Source of the DNA: Candidatus Ozemobacteraceae bacterium
GTDB taxonomy: Bacteria; Muiribacteriota; Ozemobacteria; Ozemobacterales; Ozemobacteraceae
DNA: 64,000 nt
Direction: 5' to 3'
Assembly: GCA_965140445.1 (NCBI GenBank)
Contig: OZ223236.1
Coordinates: 4,640,001-4,704,000 of the forward strand
Shown here: piece after piece, positions 16,012 to 26,711 of the stretch
Layout: the number at the start of each line of letters is the position of its first letter
How positions within the stretch are numbered: the stretch's first letter is position 1
The notes under the pieces: generated by a model
Told to the model about the DNA's origin: nothing
Databases searched by the model: none
The model's input: only the letters and a program-made list of their open reading frames with translations
Position numbers and translations under genes: made by a program

Positions 16012-19000
16012 TCAAAACTTAAAGATTTTCTTTAAGTCCTTTCCTAGATCTTTTAGTTTATCACCCACTTCTTTTAGTGGGGGCTTTTCTTTTTTGGGTT
16101 CCTGAACTTCAGGAGGGTTTGTTCCCGTGGGCTGATTTACAGGTGTTTGTGAGTTATTTGAATCATTCTTCTTCTTTCCAAACAGTTTACCCAATGCTTC
16201 TTTTGCTTTGTTCTCCAGAGTGCTTTTAACGTTTTTGGTTGCGGCATCCTTAAGCATTTTTTCAAGGGGGATATTCACTTTTGGGGACATCATCGAACCC
16301 TTAATAGAAACTGGAATAACAAGATATTCCTCTTTACCTATTAATTGTTTTAGAACATTACTTCCCTGACAGGCTTCTCTGGTCAAATTCATTTCAGAAG
16401 TTCCATCAATTGTGGTATCAAGTCCGATAGAACCAGAAAAAGTCATAAACCCGTCCTTTGTCTTTGAAACAAGGTTATTTGTATTAAATCTTCCTCCCTG
16501 AACAACGCAATCAGCTGCCATATTTCTAATTTGTCCAGAGGCTAAATGTGGAGCGTTTAACTTATTGCAAATGCTTTGAACAACAGGAGGAGCTTTGTAA
16601 GCACCTTCCTTCATCCCAATATTTGCCAATCCATTCAACGACACAAGTCCCAAAACATTACCTTTCGCCTTAAACTTTCCATCTACTCCACCGTTAAGTG
16701 CATCACCCATAGATGTGTTCTGTTTTAAAAATAGTTGGGTTTGTACCCCGCTAGCTATTACATCAAAATCAAATTCTATGGGAGATTTTTCAACAAATAC
16801 GTTCATTGAGGCCTTTAGGTCACCGCCAAAAACATTTAATTGTGCCTCTTGAACTCGAAAAAGGCCATTAGTAAAGCTAAACGGGGCTGTGAGTTCTCTG
16901 AAAGGGAATTTATAGGTATCACCCTTCTCGCTAACCGGAGCTTCAAACATTCCAGCCGTCGCATACGCTGCACCTGTCAATAAAAGCTTATCAAGAGTAC
17001 CTACAAGCTTCCCTTTTCCCGTTCCAATTGCAGTTACCTTATAACCAGTTCCATCGAGGAAAAAACCACTTGCATCAGTGATTTCAAGAGGATTTACTTC
17101 ATATCCGAAATCCATCAAAAATTTTCCCCAATCTTTAATCGCTCCAGAAACACGTCCCTGAGACTTACCCCAAGTTGCACTTAATTTTTCAGTTCTTAAC
17201 CCTTTATTGTTAACAATAACGGGGCCATTTATGTTTGTAATTTTTCTCAAAACAGCTGGATGAAAAAACTCTCCGTTTTTTATAACTGCATTTCCAGTAA
17301 ATTCAGGCTCAGACGATTTGCCTGTTAAAGTAAAATTCAAATCTGTCTTTCCTGAAAAAATTAACTCAGCAGGCATTTCGGGAAAATTCTTTTTCATAAA
17401 AGTCAAAACCATTGCCAGATCAGTATTGCCGGTTTGAGCTTTAAAGTTCAAAAATGGAGCTTTGTAATTTTTAAGGCTCCCGCTACCGCTCACATCGCCA
17501 CCCAGCATTCGACCTTCCAGTTTCTGAATGACCAACTGGTTGATATCCGCCGAAGCCTCTCCATTAATGTTTTCAACCAACACTCCTCTTTCAGGAAGAG
17601 AAGCGAATACATTACTTAATTTCACTGTTCCTGAGGGCTGTAAATTTGATTTTGCCCCCTTTAATCCAGCATCAAAATCCACTTTTCCTTTAAACTGCCC
17701 GGAATTAACAGGCAAATTAAATATTGGTGCGGCAACTGCGGCCAAAGAATTCAAGTCTACAAATCCTTTTGCCTTGTAATCCAATTCCATCTCTTTATTG
17801 TTTTTTAAACTCCCTGAAATGCTAAATTCGGAGCCAATTCCCTTAACCTGGGCGGATTCAATGTTTAAAATCCCAGCGTCAGGGGACAGATTTTCCATTT
17901 TTGCCAAAAAGTTAGTAAAGCTTAAATCAACCTTCTGCTTTGTTTCTTCCAAAACAAATTTGTCAGAACGTAAAGCCCCGGAAATTTTCGGAGTAACACC
18001 ATCATAATTAAAATTCCCAGCAAAACTTGCTTTTCCAGATGGCTTAATCGCAATGGGGATCGCCGGCAGAAAAGGCTTCGCCAAAGTAAAAACTGATTCT
18101 AAATATACTTCTAATCGAATATCGGCTTGCATTTTTAACGGGCTGGTAAATATCTTCCCCTTGGACAAATCAATTTTATTACCTTTCAATGAAGCTCCCA
18201 GATTAGAAACAGAAAGATATTCACCGTTATACTCCAACTGCCCACCATTAATATCAACAGGTGCAGGAAGCAATGCCAGATTTAAATTGAGCTTTCCTGG
18301 GTTTACTTTTGCGTTAATCTCTTTCAATTTAGATTCTTCAAACTTGATTGCCAAAGCTCCGCCAATCGGGTCTCCCGTCACCTTTAAACCCAACGAATCC
18401 GGGATGAGACCTTTTGCTAGTCCCAAAAGAGTTTCAATACTCACTTTTTCTGCATTCATGGTTAATTGGCCGGACAATGGTGAGATACTTGGCAAAGATG
18501 CTTTCAGATTTACCTTGATTCCTGGAACAACACTAACAACCGCGTCATCAAGTTCCAAAGCGCCGGAGAACAAATACTTTCCATCGATGCTCACAGTAGC
18601 GGAATTAAACTGTTTTAATCTGGCTCTGTGCTCTTCTGGAATAAAACCAATTAAACGATCAAATTTTTGAATATCTCCAGAAATATTAAAACTTAAGGAT
18701 TCAGGCCAATCAAGGTCTCCTACCAACTTTATTCTACCAATTTCTGGAATTTTTAAATCCGCCTTAATTGGAAATGTACTGCTCAGCATCGCCTGACTTA
18801 TTCCAGCCTGAGTCAAAAATAGATTTTGCTTCTGATTTGTTGTCTGGTCTTCGTAGGAAAAGCTTACGTTGCTTAACAATATCGATTTAAAAGGCAATTT
18901 AATCTCCTTCCAATTGGAGGAAGAATCGCCTGCAGCTGCTTCTTTTTTAGTAAGACCTGCAGAGCCCTTTTTTATAATCACAGAGCCAGTTGCATCTGAT

Positions 19001-19374
19001 AAATTAATTGAAGAAATCATCAATTCGCCAGCAAAAGCAGCCCAAATGTCTGGCACAACGCTTAATCTATTAAGTGTAAATTCTGCTTTTAAAGCATCGC
19101 TGTCAGTTGCAAGTCCAACTTGTTCCAGTGAAATCTCAGGAAATGAAAAACTAAGCTTTTTATAACTAACCGACATGTTCAAAGCACTTGAAGCTTTGGC
19201 CATTATAATTGAATCCAAACGATTGTCAGTCGTCAGCCGATTGTATACATAACCAATGGCGATAGCCATAGCAAGCACAATCAAAAATGTAAAAGTAGCC
19301 AAAACTTTAAGGTAAAACCAAAGCCCTTTTTTACCTTTTGTCAGGACTACCCCTTGTTTTTCTTCCTGTGTCAT
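16012..19374 (-). CDS. AsmA-family (bridge-like lipid transport) protein
   Basis: 1120 aa, N-terminal TM, repetitive beta/Gly pattern, C-terminal GSIGLDTTID...IPVSIKGSMMSPKV. Confidence 0.8.
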   Translation of the reverse strand: MTQEEKQGVVLTKGKKGLWFYLKVLATFTFLIVLAMAIAIGYVYNRLTTDNRLDSIIMAKASSALNMSVSYKKLSFSFPEISLEQVGLATDSDALKAEFTLNRLSVVPDIWAAFAGELMISSINLSDATGSVIIKKGSAGLTKKEAAAGDSSSNWKEIKLPFKSILLSNVSFSYEDQTTNQKQNLFLTQAGISQAMLSSTFPIKADLKIPEIGRIKLVGDLDWPESLSFNISGDIQKFDRLIGFIPEEHRARLKQFNSATVSIDGKYLFSGALELDDAVVSVVPGIKVNLKASLPSISPLSGQLTMNAEKVSIETLLGLAKGLIPDSLGLKVTGDPIGGALAIKFEESKLKEINAKVNPGKLNLNLALLPAPVDINGGQLEYNGEYLSVSNLGASLKGNKIDLSKGKIFTSPLKMQADIRLEVYLESVFTLAKPFLPAIPIAIKPSGKASFAGNFNYDGVTPKISGALRSDKFVLEETKQKVDLSFTNFLAKMENLSPDAGILNIESAQVKGIGSEFSISGSLKNNKEMELDYKAKGFVDLNSLAAVAAPIFNLPVNSGQFKGKVDFDAGLKGAKSNLQPSGTVKLSNVFASLPERGVLVENINGEASADINQLVIQKLEGRMLGGDVSGSGSLKNYKAPFLNFKAQTGNTDLAMVLTFMKKNFPEMPAELIFSGKTDLNFTLTGKSSEPEFTGNAVIKNGEFFHPAVLRKITNINGPVIVNNKGLRTEKLSATWGKSQGRVSGAIKDWGKFLMDFGYEVNPLEITDASGFFLDGTGYKVTAIGTGKGKLVGTLDKLLLTGAAYATAGMFEAPVSEKGDTYKFPFRELTAPFSFTNGLFRVQEAQLNVFGGDLKASMNVFVEKSPIEFDFDVIASGVQTQLFLKQNTSMGDALNGGVDGKFKAKGNVLGLVSLNGLANIGMKEGAYKAPPVVQSICNKLNAPHLASGQIRNMAADCVVQGGRFNTNNLVSKTKDGFMTFSGSIGLDTTIDGTSEMNLTREACQGSNVLKQLIGKEEYLVIPVSIKGSMMSPKVNIPLEKMLKDAATKNVKSTLENKAKEALGKLFGKKKNDSNNSQTPVNQPTGTNPPEVQEPKKEKPPLKEVGDKLKDLGKDLKKIFKF

Positions 19375-19388
19375 TCTAATCTCCTAAC

Positions 19389-20207
19389 TTATTTACCTTG
19401 TCTGTTGCTAAAGATAAACCTGTCTTTCAACTTAAAATCAGACATTAAAACAGGCTTCTTCTGCCCCTCAACAGAAAAGATTGCTACTTGAGCAGGAAAA
19501 GGAACGGTTGCCCCTTTTATTTTCTCACACTCCATTTCAAAAAGATTTTGAAATGCTGGCTTTTCATTGTAAAAAACCTGACTTGCAAATGACTTCAAAA
19601 TGTAAACTCCGTCCTTAAATTCCCAGGTTGGCAAAAGCACATTTTTGGCATTTGCCTTCAAATCCTCATTTTCAATTGCTTTTACCATTAAAGCTCTGTC
19701 AAAAATAATCGCTGTTCGATATCTATTGTTTTCTTCAAACCACTCAAATTTAAGCAATTCATCACTTTCAGAAAAAACTGCTTCTTTTGCCAAATTTTTA
19801 AAAAGCGGTCTGACAACCAGCATGTCATAGAACTTTAAGAATCCTTCACCAGTGTCTCTTATCGATTCACCAAGCTCTCTGATATTTTTTGGAAAGCTCT
19901 CATCTGATGTTAATCCGTCCAAAAGCAACGAGTTAAACTTCCCATTGAAATAAACAATTCCCCATTTTGGATAGCCCGACTTCATGGCAGTGGCTACGGC
20001 TTTTAATTGAGTAGAATCAACCTCAAAAGCAATTCCCTCAGAGCCACTTGCAAAAAAAGCAGGGTATAACTCATCTAACTTCTGAGAAAAAGATGCCAGA
20101 CTGACCGATGCGGTGGAAGTCTCCTGAGCAAAACCAGTTTGGAGGGAAATAGTAAGAAGAAAATACAGAGTTACTAAAACTCCACCAATATTTTTCAAAT
20201 TTTGCAT
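19389..20207 (-). CDS. Exported hypothetical protein
   Basis: 272 aa, signal peptide, RBS GAGGG, 14-nt gap to the AsmA gene. Confidence 0.7.
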   Translation of the reverse strand: MQNLKNIGGVLVTLYFLLTISLQTGFAQETSTASVSLASFSQKLDELYPAFFASGSEGIAFEVDSTQLKAVATAMKSGYPKWGIVYFNGKFNSLLLDGLTSDESFPKNIRELGESIRDTGEGFLKFYDMLVVRPLFKNLAKEAVFSESDELLKFEWFEENNRYRTAIIFDRALMVKAIENEDLKANAKNVLLPTWEFKDGVYILKSFASQVFYNEKPAFQNLFEMECEKIKGATVPFPAQVAIFSVEGQKKPVLMSDFKLKDRFIFSNRQGK

Positions 20208-20373
20208 CCTTAATCCCTCATTTTTTTTATTTGCCTCCTATACTACTGTAGGAGTCACCTCAAAAGCAAAGACCAAAATATCTTACTTCGGTTATGCTCT
20301 AAATGATCCGAAATACTAAGGTAATACTAGTTTTGCTGGAGGAAGGAAACTCCCCTTTTCCCGATAAAAAACA

Positions 20374-21783
20374 ATGATCATGCGCGTTACAAAAGCTTTT
20401 ATAATCTTTTTCGCCCTTTCTGCGATTGCATTAATTTCAGGATGCACAGGAAAGGGTGATCTGACTTTCAAAAAACTTCCATCTACTGCAGAATACGATA
20501 TCAGTGGCCAGATAGTTCTCCCTGAAATCATTGAAACCGACTTGAAAACATCACTTCGACATGCGCTCATGTCTATCTCTGATTTTTCAACTTTTAATGT
20601 ATCCAGCGGAAATTTGTCAGTGAACGCAGATGCAAGTGGTAATTTTTCGATAAAGAATATTCCATTTTCTGACAGCATTGTCCTTAAAGCCAAAAGCAAT
20701 AAAATCGAGCTTTTAAAAAGGGTCTATCCTAATGAATTGGATTTCACCGATTTAAGTCAAACAAAAATCGATATTGACTCAACAGCCAAAGCCTTAATAT
20801 GGCAATTTGCCAAAGATTCAAATAAAGAATTAACTCTTGCTGACATAAGCGCAAGAGAATACGCCCCCTATGTAGCAAGCGTTTCATACGCTATAAAACT
20901 GGCTCTTCAGATGCCTGATTCCAGTGTAACCAGCTCTATTCTTGAGGTTCCAGCTGTCACTACACCAGCAAAATCAGCTGCTGCAATCATAGGTTCAAGA
21001 GAATATATTTTAAGAGACTCTAACTCTGTTTTTAGAAATATTCTCTTACGCAAAGATCTTGATTTACTTAAGGTTTACATATCTCCATCTTTTTCGAATG
21101 ATTGGGACTCAACCTCAAACTGGAATGACATAATCAGCTACTTCACAACCATTTTTGCTGAAAAGAAAGTCCTTGATGTAGAGTGGAATGTTCAATATAT
21201 TGAGCTAACCCCTGAAAATACGGCCAGAGTTAGAACTGAAGCCAGGTTATTTCTGAAAGATATACTCTCTGACCAAAATGTTAAAACCCAAAAGTTCACA
21301 TTCGATGCAGTTTGGCGAAAAGAAGGAAGCTTCTGGAAGATATTGAAAAACCTTCCCTACCGACTCGATCACCCTTCACAGGTTGGCGCTGATACAAGAT
21401 GGGGAGAGCTGGCAGAAATTCATACAAAACTTAAAGCTGCCATTGCCGTTGAAGACACCAACACTCTCGAATCCTACATTTCGGATAATTTTAGAAACGA
21501 TTTTGATGTAACCAGTAACAAAAATGATTTAATTCAAACTGCGCAGGCACGCTTTAACGCAATGGATGTAAAGATTTCTACTTACGCAATTAATAAAATA
21601 ACTTTCACCGGGACTGACAGCGCAGAAGTCGATTGCACAGGACAGGTAAAAGTAATAAATCTAATTCCTGGGATAGACATTGATTCAGGATCAATCCATT
21701 CTATAGTTGAATGGCGCAGAGAAAACGGAGTTTGGAAAATTTTTCGAAACTTACCATACCGATTTACTCATCCTAAAAATTAA
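20374..21783 (+). CDS. Lipoprotein with two internally repeated NTF2/SnoaL-like domains
   Basis: Lipobox LISGC; duplicated YISxxFxND and WR[K/R]ExxxWKIx[K/R]NLPYR motifs. Confidence 0.75.
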   Translation: MIMRVTKAFIIFFALSAIALISGCTGKGDLTFKKLPSTAEYDISGQIVLPEIIETDLKTSLRHALMSISDFSTFNVSSGNLSVNADASGNFSIKNIPFSDSIVLKAKSNKIELLKRVYPNELDFTDLSQTKIDIDSTAKALIWQFAKDSNKELTLADISAREYAPYVASVSYAIKLALQMPDSSVTSSILEVPAVTTPAKSAAAIIGSREYILRDSNSVFRNILLRKDLDLLKVYISPSFSNDWDSTSNWNDIISYFTTIFAEKKVLDVEWNVQYIELTPENTARVRTEARLFLKDILSDQNVKTQKFTFDAVWRKEGSFWKILKNLPYRLDHPSQVGADTRWGELAEIHTKLKAAIAVEDTNTLESYISDNFRNDFDVTSNKNDLIQTAQARFNAMDVKISTYAINKITFTGTDSAEVDCTGQVKVINLIPGIDIDSGSIHSIVEWRRENGVWKIFRNLPYRFTHPKN

Positions 21784-21820
21784 AAAAGAGCTGAACGCCG
21801 ATTTAGCGTCCAGCTCTTTA
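21783..21820. terminator. Bidirectional terminator
   Basis: AAAGAGCTG-a-ACGC/GCGT-c-CAGCTCTTT stem between convergent genes. Confidence 0.75.
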
Positions 21821-21830
21821 ATACCTGGGT

Positions 21831-22784
21831 CTAAAGTTTTTTCAACAGATTGTTAGCAGTTATATTCGTAGGATCAATCTCTAAAGCTTTTTCCAATAAG
21901 ATTTTTGCTTTTTTAGTATCCTTTTCTTTTGAATTCAGATAGATTTCTGCCAGTGAAACAAATACATCAACATGAATAGGCTCAAACTTAAAAGGAATGT
22001 TATTGTCTGCAAGAATTTTCTCAGATTTTGCGAGATCTAATGCCCCAAGAAGCATAGGCGCCTGACCACGAATAAAAGCAATTTCCTGTTCAGCGTCAAG
22101 ACTACCGGGTTCATATTTTTTTGAAACAAGCAAACAAGCCAAAGCCACATCTAATCGGCCTCTTTCTACCAACACAAAAGCTAAGCCTCTTAATGCAGCC
22201 GCGAGATCCTGATTGTTATCTGCCAATTCAGCTGCTTTTTGATATGCAATCTGAGACATCAGAATTTCTGGGCCTTTTTTCTGCTTAAGCAACATGTACC
22301 CTCTTTCTGAGTAAAAAGCTGATCTTACTGGGTTCCAATAGATAGCTCTGGAAAGATTCTTCAAGGCTTCCTCATGCTTGCCAGTTTGAAAATCGAGCAT
22401 AGCCAGAAAATAATATCCGTCAGAAATGGGTTGTTCAGTCCATCTCACTTCAGTTTTTACCCCGGCCCTTTTTTGCAAAGTCTTGTAAAGAGTCATTTCG
22501 AGAAGAGAGTTAAAGCTTTTAAATTCTACTTTATCATTGGAAATGTATTTTTCACTGCCTTGAATCATGCCTTCAGCAATTTTGCGCGCTTCTTCATAAT
22601 TGCCGTTTTTCATTCTTTCCATGAAAACGACCATCATCTGGTTGCCTAATAAAATAGCACTAGCTTCTTTTACTTCTTTTTTTCCGGCGGCCTGACTTTC
22701 TACAGGTTTAACAGGTTCTGCTATTGCAGTTACCGCGACTAAAGCTCCTGCCATAATGGCGGAAAAAAGTTTTAGTTTTTTCAT
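21831..22784 (-). CDS. Exported TPR protein
   Basis: Start at ATG 22784 (RBS AAGGA, MKKLKLF signal peptide); TPR patterns. Confidence 0.8.
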   Translation of the reverse strand: MKKLKLFSAIMAGALVAVTAIAEPVKPVESQAAGKKEVKEASAILLGNQMMVVFMERMKNGNYEEARKIAEGMIQGSEKYISNDKVEFKSFNSLLEMTLYKTLQKRAGVKTEVRWTEQPISDGYYFLAMLDFQTGKHEEALKNLSRAIYWNPVRSAFYSERGYMLLKQKKGPEILMSQIAYQKAAELADNNQDLAAALRGLAFVLVERGRLDVALACLLVSKKYEPGSLDAEQEIAFIRGQAPMLLGALDLAKSEKILADNNIPFKFEPIHVDVFVSLAEIYLNSKEKDTKKAKILLEKALEIDPTNITANNLLKKL

Positions 22785-22956
22785 TTTTTTATCCTTAATC
22801 AATTCTAGAGTTAATAAGTTGTGGGTAATATAACCCTCGAAACTATATTTTGGCAACCGCCAACAATAATGCCAGTTTTTAGCGCAAAAGTTGCCAATTT
22901 TCCAGCAGTTTTTCTTGAGCAATCCAGTTATGCCCACAAATAGAGCGCTTTACTTT

Positions 22957-22972
22957 TGGCACGTACATTGCT
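22957..22972 (+). promoter_or_regulatory. Sigma54 (-24/-12) promoter
   Basis: TGGCACG-TACA-TTGCT, consensus match 43 nt before ATG 23015. Confidence 0.85.
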
Positions 22973-23014
22973 TACAATTTCCCTATAAAATTTATTTTAG
23001 AGGAAGGTAAAAGA

Positions 23015-24025
23015 ATGTTTCGGAAAATAACTTTGGTGTTGTTCTTTTCTCTACTCGCTGTTTCAAGTTTTGCTTTTGATAAAGCAGAATTAAACAATTG
23101 TCTCAACGATTTAGCCGCAGGAATTTCGCAAACGGCTTATAGTTTGAGCGAAAATGAAAACAGCGCTGAACGTGCTTCTTTTGATTCTGCAGCCAGTCGG
23201 GCTGATAAGAGTGAAAAGAAACTAAAAGAAATTGTTTCAAGCATTGAAACAGCCAGTGATTTTGCTAAAGCTCAGAAAGTCATCAATGCTTTTGGGAAGA
23301 AAGACAAACTCAATTCCCATACAGCTGCCGTTGCAACTAAGCTCTTAAAAGATAGAGCCAGATTCATTAACAGCAACCTGGGTTCTACAATAACAGTAAA
23401 CAATAGTGATAAACTCGCCGTTAACCCCGAAATGCTCATGAGCACAAGACAAAAAAGACTTATCATGATTGAAACTCCAATAGCCGAAGCAGTTATTTCA
23501 ATAACGGACAAAAAAGATAAAAGAAGAGTTTCAAATCTTGAAAACATTTTCAAAAGACATGATTGCAGAATCATTTCCGAATATTCAAACGAAAGTGGCG
23601 ACCAGGATGTTTACAACTACTACTTTGAAGGCAAAAAATTTGTTCTGGACGCATTAATGGGTCATTTTGGTGGCACCGTTGTTAAAAGCGATTTAAAAGC
23701 TACAGTAAAAATTACCTCTGGCGGTTTTTGGTCAGGGAAACAAACTGCGACTTTTGATATTGCTCCCACAAGAAGTGGAAGCGTAATGGGCGATCTTTCA
23801 TGGTACAAATCTGTAGTAGAAAAAGATCCCTTTAAGTATCTTGCTGAAAAGAACTTTTCCAAGCTCTCAGCACTTGGCAAAATGGAAAATGTTGCTGGAG
23901 AATCAAAACTCCACCTTAAAAACGCTATTGTTGAAATCTGGGTAATGGCAAATGGTTCTACAATCAAAAACGCCATTTATAAAAATGAAACAGAATTCGG
24001 CGATCTCTACATTGATGCCAAGTAA
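23015..24025 (+). CDS. Exported hypothetical protein
   Basis: 336 aa, signal peptide ending SFA, RBS GAGGAAGG. Confidence 0.8.
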   Translation: MFRKITLVLFFSLLAVSSFAFDKAELNNCLNDLAAGISQTAYSLSENENSAERASFDSAASRADKSEKKLKEIVSSIETASDFAKAQKVINAFGKKDKLNSHTAAVATKLLKDRARFINSNLGSTITVNNSDKLAVNPEMLMSTRQKRLIMIETPIAEAVISITDKKDKRRVSNLENIFKRHDCRIISEYSNESGDQDVYNYYFEGKKFVLDALMGHFGGTVVKSDLKATVKITSGGFWSGKQTATFDIAPTRSGSVMGDLSWYKSVVEKDPFKYLAEKNFSKLSALGKMENVAGESKLHLKNAIVEIWVMANGSTIKNAIYKNETEFGDLYIDAK

Positions 24026-24043
24026 AAGAAAGGAGCAATTACA

Positions 24044-25372
24044 ATGACTAGCAAAAAGAATTTGATTTTAGCCGGAATCTTTGCAGGTGCACTGCTTGTT
24101 CCTTTCACAGGACATGCAGCAGACGAAAGTGAAATAGCCAATCTTGAGAAAAAACTTCTCCAAAAAGAAACGGATCTGCTTGAGCCTGAATTGAAATTAG
24201 ACAGACTTCACAAAGAACGCTCTGAATATGATGGATTCAGCGGATGGTTCCAGGGCAAAAAGAAAAAAGCCCTTGATGCAGAAATTGCCAAAACAGACAA
24301 GATGGTTGACTCCATCTATGGCGAAATGAAGCAAACTTCAGCTGAAGTACAAAAAATGGTTTTTGACGTTGCTTACACTTTTGAAAAACGTGGGCAGTTT
24401 CAAAAAGCTATTGAATATTACCTTAAAGTTGACAACCAAAACGATAAGGTAAAATTTAGAATTGCTTCTTGCTTTAAATCAATGGAAGATTATCAGCAGG
24501 CCATCAAATGGCTTTTGAAAATGAATCCAACTGATGAAAACCACCTTGAAGTAGTTGATTGCTACAAGCTTGATGGCCGAATGAAAGAAGCAGTTTATTG
24601 GCTGTTTGAAATTCTCGAACCATATTCAGGCAATAGCGCAGAATTGACTGCACTTAATCTAATTGAAGAATACGATTATGCCAACAGAAAACGCGATTAC
24701 CCAGATTTCTATCGTCGTCTTTCTGATGTATATTTGAAGAAATCAACTGAGGCATATCAGGACAACTTCCTGCAGGCATCAAAAGATTACAAAAAAGCTG
24801 TTGAGCTCCTCGCCGAAGATTCAAATGAAGATCCTTCAATGATAAGCTTCAGCATCGTAGATCGCTACCAGAATGATTACAGACAGGCACTTGAGATCCT
24901 TGACAGACAAAGGGAAGCTGCAGAACGCAACTTTGAAGATAAAGTAAGAAGAGCCAGAGAAGATATCGATGAAGCTCAGAGAAGACTTCACAGAGCTGAA
25001 AGAGAATCCGAAAGAGATTATCAGCTGAAACTTGATAACGCAAGAATGTCGGTCAGGCGTGCGAAAGAGAAACTTGCTTCTGTTAAAGCTGACACCACTG
25101 CAACTCCAGAAACAGTCCAGAGTGCTCAGAGAAGACTTGATTCCGCTCAAAGAGATCTTGATTACATTCAAGCTAATCGCGATCGCATAATGCGCGAGTA
25201 TATACAGCCATACAGAAGAGATCTCAGAGAAGCACAAAATGAATATGATTCTCTCCTTGATAGAAGAGTTAAAATCATTGAAGAATACATTGCTCCATAC
25301 AAAAGAAAAGTATCAGTTGCTAAAGACTCTGTAGAAAGAATTACAGCCCTTCACCAGGCTAATTTCCACTAA
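24044..25372 (+). CDS. Exported TPR/coiled-coil protein
   Basis: Signal ending GHA, TPR-like middle, long charged heptad C-terminus; RBS AAGGAG. Confidence 0.8.
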   Translation: MTSKKNLILAGIFAGALLVPFTGHAADESEIANLEKKLLQKETDLLEPELKLDRLHKERSEYDGFSGWFQGKKKKALDAEIAKTDKMVDSIYGEMKQTSAEVQKMVFDVAYTFEKRGQFQKAIEYYLKVDNQNDKVKFRIASCFKSMEDYQQAIKWLLKMNPTDENHLEVVDCYKLDGRMKEAVYWLFEILEPYSGNSAELTALNLIEEYDYANRKRDYPDFYRRLSDVYLKKSTEAYQDNFLQASKDYKKAVELLAEDSNEDPSMISFSIVDRYQNDYRQALEILDRQREAAERNFEDKVRRAREDIDEAQRRLHRAERESERDYQLKLDNARMSVRRAKEKLASVKADTTATPETVQSAQRRLDSAQRDLDYIQANRDRIMREYIQPYRRDLREAQNEYDSLLDRRVKIIEEYIAPYKRKVSVAKDSVERITALHQANFH

Positions 25373-25380
25373 ACAAAACT

Positions 25381-25417
25381 AAAAAAAGCTCCAAACATAT
25401 GTTTGGGGCTTTTTTTT
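25381..25417 (+). terminator. Intrinsic terminator
   Basis: AAAAGCTCCAAACA/TGTTTGGGGCTTTTTTTT. Confidence 0.85.
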
Positions 25418-25468
25418 ATCCCAAAATTCCGCCTTTACCATTTTTTTCCCAAGTAATATAATCTCAAA

Positions 25469-26707
25469 ATGAAAAAGACTTTAAGCGCTGAAATCATTAG
25501 TATAGGCACCGAACTACTTCTTGGTGAAATAGTCGACACCAATTCCTCTTTTCTTTCTGCTGAATTAAGAGATTTGGGTTATTCGGTTTTTCACAAAATC
25601 ACCGTTGGAGACAATCTGAATAGAATCAGCAAGGTTATCGAAGAAGCGATAAAAAGATGCAATCTGGTAATTCTTGGGGGCGGACTGGGCCCAACCGACG
25701 ACGACCTGACAAGAGAAGCCATCTGCAAATTTATCGGGGAAGAACCTGAAATCTGTCCAAATCTACTTGAAAACTTAAAAGCTATGTTTCAAGTTCGTGG
25801 CAGGAAAATGGCAGACAAAAACTTAAAGCAAGCCTGGACTGCAAAAGGAATAAAGCCGATTCCAAATCCGGTAGGTACAGCATGCGGATGGTCATGGCAA
25901 AAAGATGACAAAACAATCATCGCCATGCCCGGACCTCCAGAAGAAATGAAAAGGATGTGGCTAGAGCAGGTTAAACCATATCTCCCTGCCTCCAGCCAGG
26001 TTTTATACCATAAAACCATTCATACAGCGGGAATCGGCGAGTCTGACCTCGCAGAGTTGATTCCAGATTTAACCAAAGCCACAAATCCGAGCGCAGGAAC
26101 CTACGCAAGAGAAAGTGGTGTAGACATTCGAATTGCAGCTAGTGCTGAAAACCTTCAGACAGCTGAATTAATTGCAGCACCAGCAATTGAAAAAGTTGAA
26201 ACCGTGCTTGGAGAATTTATCTACGGATATGACGAAGAAACTCTAGCTATGGCTTTAATGAAGCAATTGGTATCAAAAAAGCAAACACTCTCCACAATTG
26301 AATCTGTAACCGGTGGAAGCCTGGCTTCTGAGCTGACAGATTGCCCTGGAATGAGTTCATGTTTTGTTTCAGGAGAAATCACATACAACAATCAAAACAA
26401 AATTAAAGCGGGGGTAGATGCTGCAATAATAGATAAGTTTGGCCCAGTTTCAGAAGAAGTTGCAATCGAAATGGCAAAAGCTGCTCAAAAAAAATACTCC
26501 ACCACCTGGGCAATTTCAACAACTGGAGTTGCTGGCCCAGATTCCCATGGTGGTAAAAAACCGGGCTTCGCATGGGTTGCTGTAGCAGGACCGGATAACT
26601 TTATAAAGAGCAAGAATGTTGATTGGCCAGGAAACCGCTTATCAATAAAAAGGCGCACAAGAAAAGCCGCCATGGTCTTATTACTAAAGTCACTAAAAGG
26701 CCAATGA
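25469..26707 (+). CDS. cinA: CinA: MocF/ADP-ribose pyrophosphatase plus PncC NMN deamidase
   Basis: IGTELLLGEIVDTNS, GGLGPTDDDLT, PGPPEEM, ESVTGG, TTGVAGP. Confidence 0.92.
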   Translation: MKKTLSAEIISIGTELLLGEIVDTNSSFLSAELRDLGYSVFHKITVGDNLNRISKVIEEAIKRCNLVILGGGLGPTDDDLTREAICKFIGEEPEICPNLLENLKAMFQVRGRKMADKNLKQAWTAKGIKPIPNPVGTACGWSWQKDDKTIIAMPGPPEEMKRMWLEQVKPYLPASSQVLYHKTIHTAGIGESDLAELIPDLTKATNPSAGTYARESGVDIRIAASAENLQTAELIAAPAIEKVETVLGEFIYGYDEETLAMALMKQLVSKKQTLSTIESVTGGSLASELTDCPGMSSCFVSGEITYNNQNKIKAGVDAAIIDKFGPVSEEVAIEMAKAAQKKYSTTWAISTTGVAGPDSHGGKKPGFAWVAVAGPDNFIKSKNVDWPGNRLSIKRRTRKAAMVLLLKSLKGQ

Positions 26708-26711
26708 AAAC

